This document shows positions 60,001 to 64,000 of a DNA stretch of 64,000 bases, one piece after another. Position numbers and translations under genes: made by a program. The DNA comes from Eledone cirrhosa (taxonomy: Eukaryota). The stretch's first letter is position 1. Every line of letters starts with the position of its first letter. The DNA lies in the NCBI GenBank assembly GCA_964016885.1, contig OZ024752.1, positions 31,000,001 to 31,064,000 on the forward strand. The letters run 5' to 3'. The notes below the pieces were generated by a model. That model had not been told where the DNA came from and made no database searches. It saw only the letters and a list, made by a program, of their open reading frames with translations.

Positions 60001-60997
60001 AATGTGTACCAAAGTTACCTTGGTGTAGGTGGTGCCAGATGTAATGTGTACCAAAGTTACCTTGCTGTAGGTGGTGCCAGATACACAATAACATGTGTGG
60101 AGGAGGGGAGACAGGAGTTTCTGACAGTAATGTGTACCACAGTTACCTTGATGTAGGTGGTGCCAGATGTAATGTGTACCAAAGTTACCTTGGTATAGGT
60201 GGTGCCAGATGTAATGTATACCAAAGTTACCTTGGTGTAGGTGGTGCCAGATGTAATGTGTACCAAAGTTACCTTGGTATAGGTGGTGCCAGATGTAATG
60301 TGTACCAAAGTTACCTTGGTATAGGTGGTGCCAGATGTAATGTGTACCAAAGTTACCTTGGTGTAGGTGGTGCCAGATGTAATGTGTACCAAAGTTACCT
60401 TGGTGTAGGTGGTGCCAGATGTAATGTGTACCACAGTTGCCTTGGTGTAGGTGGTGCCAGATACACAGTAACATGTGTGGAGGAGGGGAGACAGGAGTTT
60501 CTGACAGTAATGTGTACCAAAGTTACCTTGGTGTAGGTGATGCCAGATGTAATGTGTACCAAAGTTACCTTGGTGTAGGTGGTGCCAGATGTAATGTGTA
60601 CCAAAGTTACCTTGCTGTAGGTGGTGCCAGATGTAATGTGTACTAAAGTTACCTTGGTATAGGTGGTGCCAGATACAGAATAACATGTATGGAGGAGGGA
60701 AGACAGGAGTTTCTGACAGTAATGTGTACCACAGTTGCCTTGGTGTAGGTAGTGCCAGATGTAATGTGTACCAAAGTTACCTTGGTGTAGGTGGTGCCAG
60801 ATACAGAATAACATGTGTGGAGGAGGGGAGACAGGAGTTTCTGACAGTAATGTGCGCCAAAGTTACCTTGGTGTAAAATTGATAAGTTAAAATCTGAAGT
60901 TTGTTCGCGTTAACCACATTTTCCAATTGCTCCCTTTAAATATTCAAATTGATCCCCACCCTTCTGTTGATTGTGTACCCCACGTTAGGAATCACTG
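54030..60997. mobile_element. hAT (Charlie-like) MITE expanded by a 6.7-kb internal satellite
   Basis: TIRs cagtggttcccaac / gttaggaatcactg; 8-bp TSD ggttagag (54022-54029) / ggctagag (60998-61005). Confidence 0.82.
54145..60875. repeat. Composite satellite: 42-bp core with interspersed 84/86-bp long units
   Basis: Core gtaatgtgtaccaaagttaccttggtgtaggtggtgccagat. Inserts acacaataacatgtgtggaggaggggagacaggagtttctgaca or acagtataacggttggagg... A 1057-bp block duplication (54761/55818). Confidence 0.95.
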
Positions 60998-61197
60998 GGC
61001 TAGAGTATCGGATGAGATTACTTACCATACCTTGTTATAACGTCAAGGCGTTGTTTTCGCTATTGCAGCATTAATTGAGAACTCGAGAACTTTTTTCAGT
61101 TCGATCTGCACCTTCCAATCATTAACATCAGCGGCTGTCTTCAGATATCATCGGCCGTTTTCAGACCTGGGGAAGGGATGAGCCTCGCCAAACTTAA

Positions 61198-61386
61198 ACC
61201 TTTAGCATTTAAACCATCTGTATCTGGCCAGAATTCTCTCACCTCTTTCTGTTTAAACCGGCAGTAACCGGCTGCTCATACTTATTTTAAGGTATTGTTC
61301 TCAAAGTAAATATCAAAATCTCATAGATTCGATATTATGTGAGATAATGTGTTTACCTTGAAAATACAATAGTAAATGCTAAAGAG
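61198..61386. mobile_element. piggyBac-like MITE
   Basis: ttaa|acctttagcattta ... taaatgctaaagag|ttaa. Confidence 0.7.
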
Positions 61387-61427
61387 TTAAAGACCCAACA
61401 CAAGCCGTAGGTCACGAGAGAGAGAGA

Positions 61428-61530
61428 TATTATGAGACATCGAAAAATAATCGACTCTTCGTCGAAACTACAAGAGCTCAGCCGTCGGGCGCTAACTCTT
61501 TACAATACCTACACTGTACTTTCCTTCTCA
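61428..61530 (+). mobile_element. Half-hammerhead repeat, copy E (old)
   Basis: attatga-gac...gtc-gaaac...gagctcagccgtcgggc. Confidence 0.5.
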
Positions 61531-61568
61531 GGTATCAATTACATAGCTGAATAATGTTTTTTTTTTTT

Positions 61569-61778
61569 ATATAGGCACAAGGCCAGCAATTTTGGGGAAG
61601 AGGAAAGTCGATTAAATCGACCCCCAGTGCGTGACTGGTACTTTATTTTATCGATCCCGTAAGGATAAAAGACAAAATTAACCTCGGCGGGATTTGAACT
61701 TAGATTATAAAAGGCTGTAACTCTACGCTGCAAAGCATGGCGTCCGACCCTCTACCGATACTGCCAATCTACCGCTCT
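61569..61778 (-). mobile_element. SINE family 1, longer subfamily
   Basis: Reverse complement match with an extra segment ggggaagaggaaagtcgattaaatcgaccccc. Confidence 0.8.
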
Positions 61779-62381
61779 ATAATGAATGTTCTTACTAGTC
61801 TAAACTGGCAACTCTTATTTTAGATCAGGTAAAAATATAAATCTTTATGATCAATATTGCTTGTTTACTAATGGACCTTAAACAATGGTCCTTAAACTGT
61901 TTAACCTACTTTTTCTTGATCATACAAGTCCTATTTCTTTTATTGTTGTTGTCGTTAATGTTTTAGTGGGGTGTGTGGGGTCTGGTTCTGATGTCTACGA
62001 ATATTTGCCACGACAAAACAACCCAAACAATAAAGTAGTCATACCCTCTATTTAATAGGTGTCGTAGCCAGTAAGTCTCGATGATATTCAATTATCATAT
62101 TTATTCGTAATCAAACTAGATCCAGTAACTATTACGAATAGGGCCCAACGAGAGAATCTCAATATTGTCATTCGATCTGTTAGAAATAGCAGCCAACTAC
62201 ACTTCCTATCGTACCTTGCCGTCTTGAAGAAGAAATAGAAAAAGAAAATACATTGTATAATTGGTGGTGGTGGGGGTGATGGGGGTGGTGATCGTGCTAC
62301 GGGCAGCTAGTGATTGTTATGTTTATATGAATATATACAGCTAAAAAAAACAAACAGTTGATATAATTTACATAGTTAATT

Positions 62382-62636
62382 GTCTATATAGATAATGAAC
62401 ACAACCACAAGGATGTGGTCCGAACGTGGAAGAGCCGAACTCCCACTGTCATGGCCTCCATCTCTCTCGCCCTCCCTATCTCTCTGTATGGTGGGCAAAT
62501 GGGGTCCCACGTGCTGGCCTCCCCACAGCCCCGGCGGACAGAATGAAGAAGGCGTTTCCCCCGAGGATGGTAAGGGAGATGCGCTGGAAGAGCCATTCCA
62601 TCTCGTGGGGCTCACACCTGCGGCTGGCCAGCTCAG
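62382..62636 (-). mobile_element. CRE-like 3'-end repeat
   Basis: TELASRRCEPHEMEWLFQRISLTILGGNAFFIL; colinear with 42575-42830. Confidence 0.7.
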
Positions 62637-62954
62637 TACTAGAAATGTACCAAAAAAAAAGAGCAAAAAACTGTGGAGTCATGGTCTTATTACATGTGCT
62701 CAGTCAGCGTTGAACTAGGGTTAAACAACAAACATATAGGATGGATATATTTATATAAATATATATTTATCTTATAATAAGGATACAGTCATTATTGTAT
62801 TTTGGTGGGGTTGTTGTGTAGATAAGGTGTCTAAGTGAAACTTTTACTGCTGCCTCTTTCTTCATTACTGGACCATGAATTTTCACGTGTATTTAACATG
62901 TGACTTGACTTGATCTAATAAGTAATTCAAATGCTTTTGTTGTTGCTATTGTTT

Positions 62955-63420
62955 ATGAATCCTGGGTAATGACCGAAAGAATATGACTGCGAATACAAGC
63001 GGTTGCAATGGGGTCCCTCCGAAGGGACTTTAGAATAACGTTACTCGTTAAAGTTCGTAACTCGGAGACTAGAGAGTCGCTCCAGATAGAGCCGTTACTT
63101 CTCCGAATTGAGAGATCACAGCTCTGATATTATAGGATATGTGGTTAGAATACAAGTGGCTGAAATGGGGTCCCTCCAAAGGGACTTTAGAGTAACGTTA
63201 TTCGTTAAAGTTCGTAGCTCGGAGACTGGTGAGTCACTCCAGATAGAGCCGTTACTTCTCCGAGTTGAGAGATCACAGCTCCGATACTACGGACATGTGG
63301 TTAGAATGTCTCAGGAAAGAATCACTGGACAGATTTTACGGGCCAGACCAACCGGCAGGAGACCCAAAAGTAGACACCGAGTAAGATGGTTGGATAACAT
63401 TCATGAGCTCGGCTAGTCTC
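62955..63420 (+). mobile_element. RTE LINE 3' fragment with a 157-bp tandem duplication
   Basis: RIQVAEM..L...VRS...LQIEPLLLRVERSQLRYYGHVVRM...RPTGRRP; gaatacaag at 62991 and 63148. Confidence 0.78.
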
Positions 63421-63593
63421 ACAGGGCCAAAACATTTGGTGGTGGGGGGGGCAAGGGTTTCTTCTCTGAAGACCTTCTGCTGTCCAGCTCTCTTGAGAGT
63501 TTCTTACTACTGTTACTAGAGGAGGACGCCGTCTTCTCCCTCTTTCTGTCGCACACACACACATACGCACACATACGCACACACACTCACTCA

Positions 63594-63676
<83 letters not shown>

Positions 63677-64000
63677 TCACTCACTCACTCACTCACTCAC
63701 TCACTCACTCAACTAATAACGTTCCTTTTTCTCTCTCTATCTATGTACGTATGCCTCGCTTGGCGCGCTCCCTTTCTTTATAAAGTGAGCTTGACGGACG
63801 GACAGACAGCGCATTTATAATATAGATTTACAATGTACAGCACGCCACAGTGTAATTAAAATGTTCGGATAATTATTTCCACAAAGTAATTTTTATTGAA
63901 ATTTGGAACTCTTTTGATCTATTTGTTAGGATGTTAATCTCGCGTTTATATGTATGCATATATCTATGCAGGTATGTATATATATATGTATGTATGTATG

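Noticed and set aside
54145-60875. CRISPR-like repeat/spacer appearance (also the 56-, 53- and 32-bp arrays)
   Set aside because: Intervening sequences are themselves repeated rather than unique; no cas genes; eukaryotic context.
54001-60876. 1133-aa and 973-aa repeat ORFs (His-rich, Thr-rich or Gly-rich) as structural proteins such as beak histidine-rich proteins
   Set aside because: Open on both strands because the unit is 42 bp and stop-free; frames switch at the 44-bp inserts; no signal peptide; the array lies inside a hAT MITE.

Overview
Eukaryotic, gene-poor, very repeat-rich DNA. The SINE, LINE and microsatellite content resembles a cephalopod (octopus-type) genome; this is an inference. 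No host gene could be supported. The first ~31 kb is a compound (TA)n/TAAATATG microsatellite field with one 200-N gap. It holds a near-intact 5'-truncated CR1-group LINE ORF, three Penelope-like elements (a Neptune-type RT+GIY-YIG element with an inverted pseudo-LTR and two Hydra-clade-like fragments), RTE LINE remnants and tRNA-derived SINEs. The rest is dominated by tandem arrays (107, 56, 53, 71, 30, 32 and 42/84/86 bp units). Several of these grew inside MITEs or LINE 3' ends; the two hAT hosts keep 8-bp target-site duplications and the pogo-like host is TA-flanked. The long His/Thr/Gly-repeat ORFs are by-products of these arrays. Most notable: (i) seven type I hammerhead ribozyme motifs with palindromic stem III, including a non-coding 485-bp tandem unit resembling a circRNA-producing retrozyme; (ii) a dispersed family of fold-back half-hammerhead elements; (iii) a correctly phased T_TTT_TTA slippery site joining an upstream ORF to the Penelope RT frame; (iv) a twin-priming inversion in an RTE LINE.
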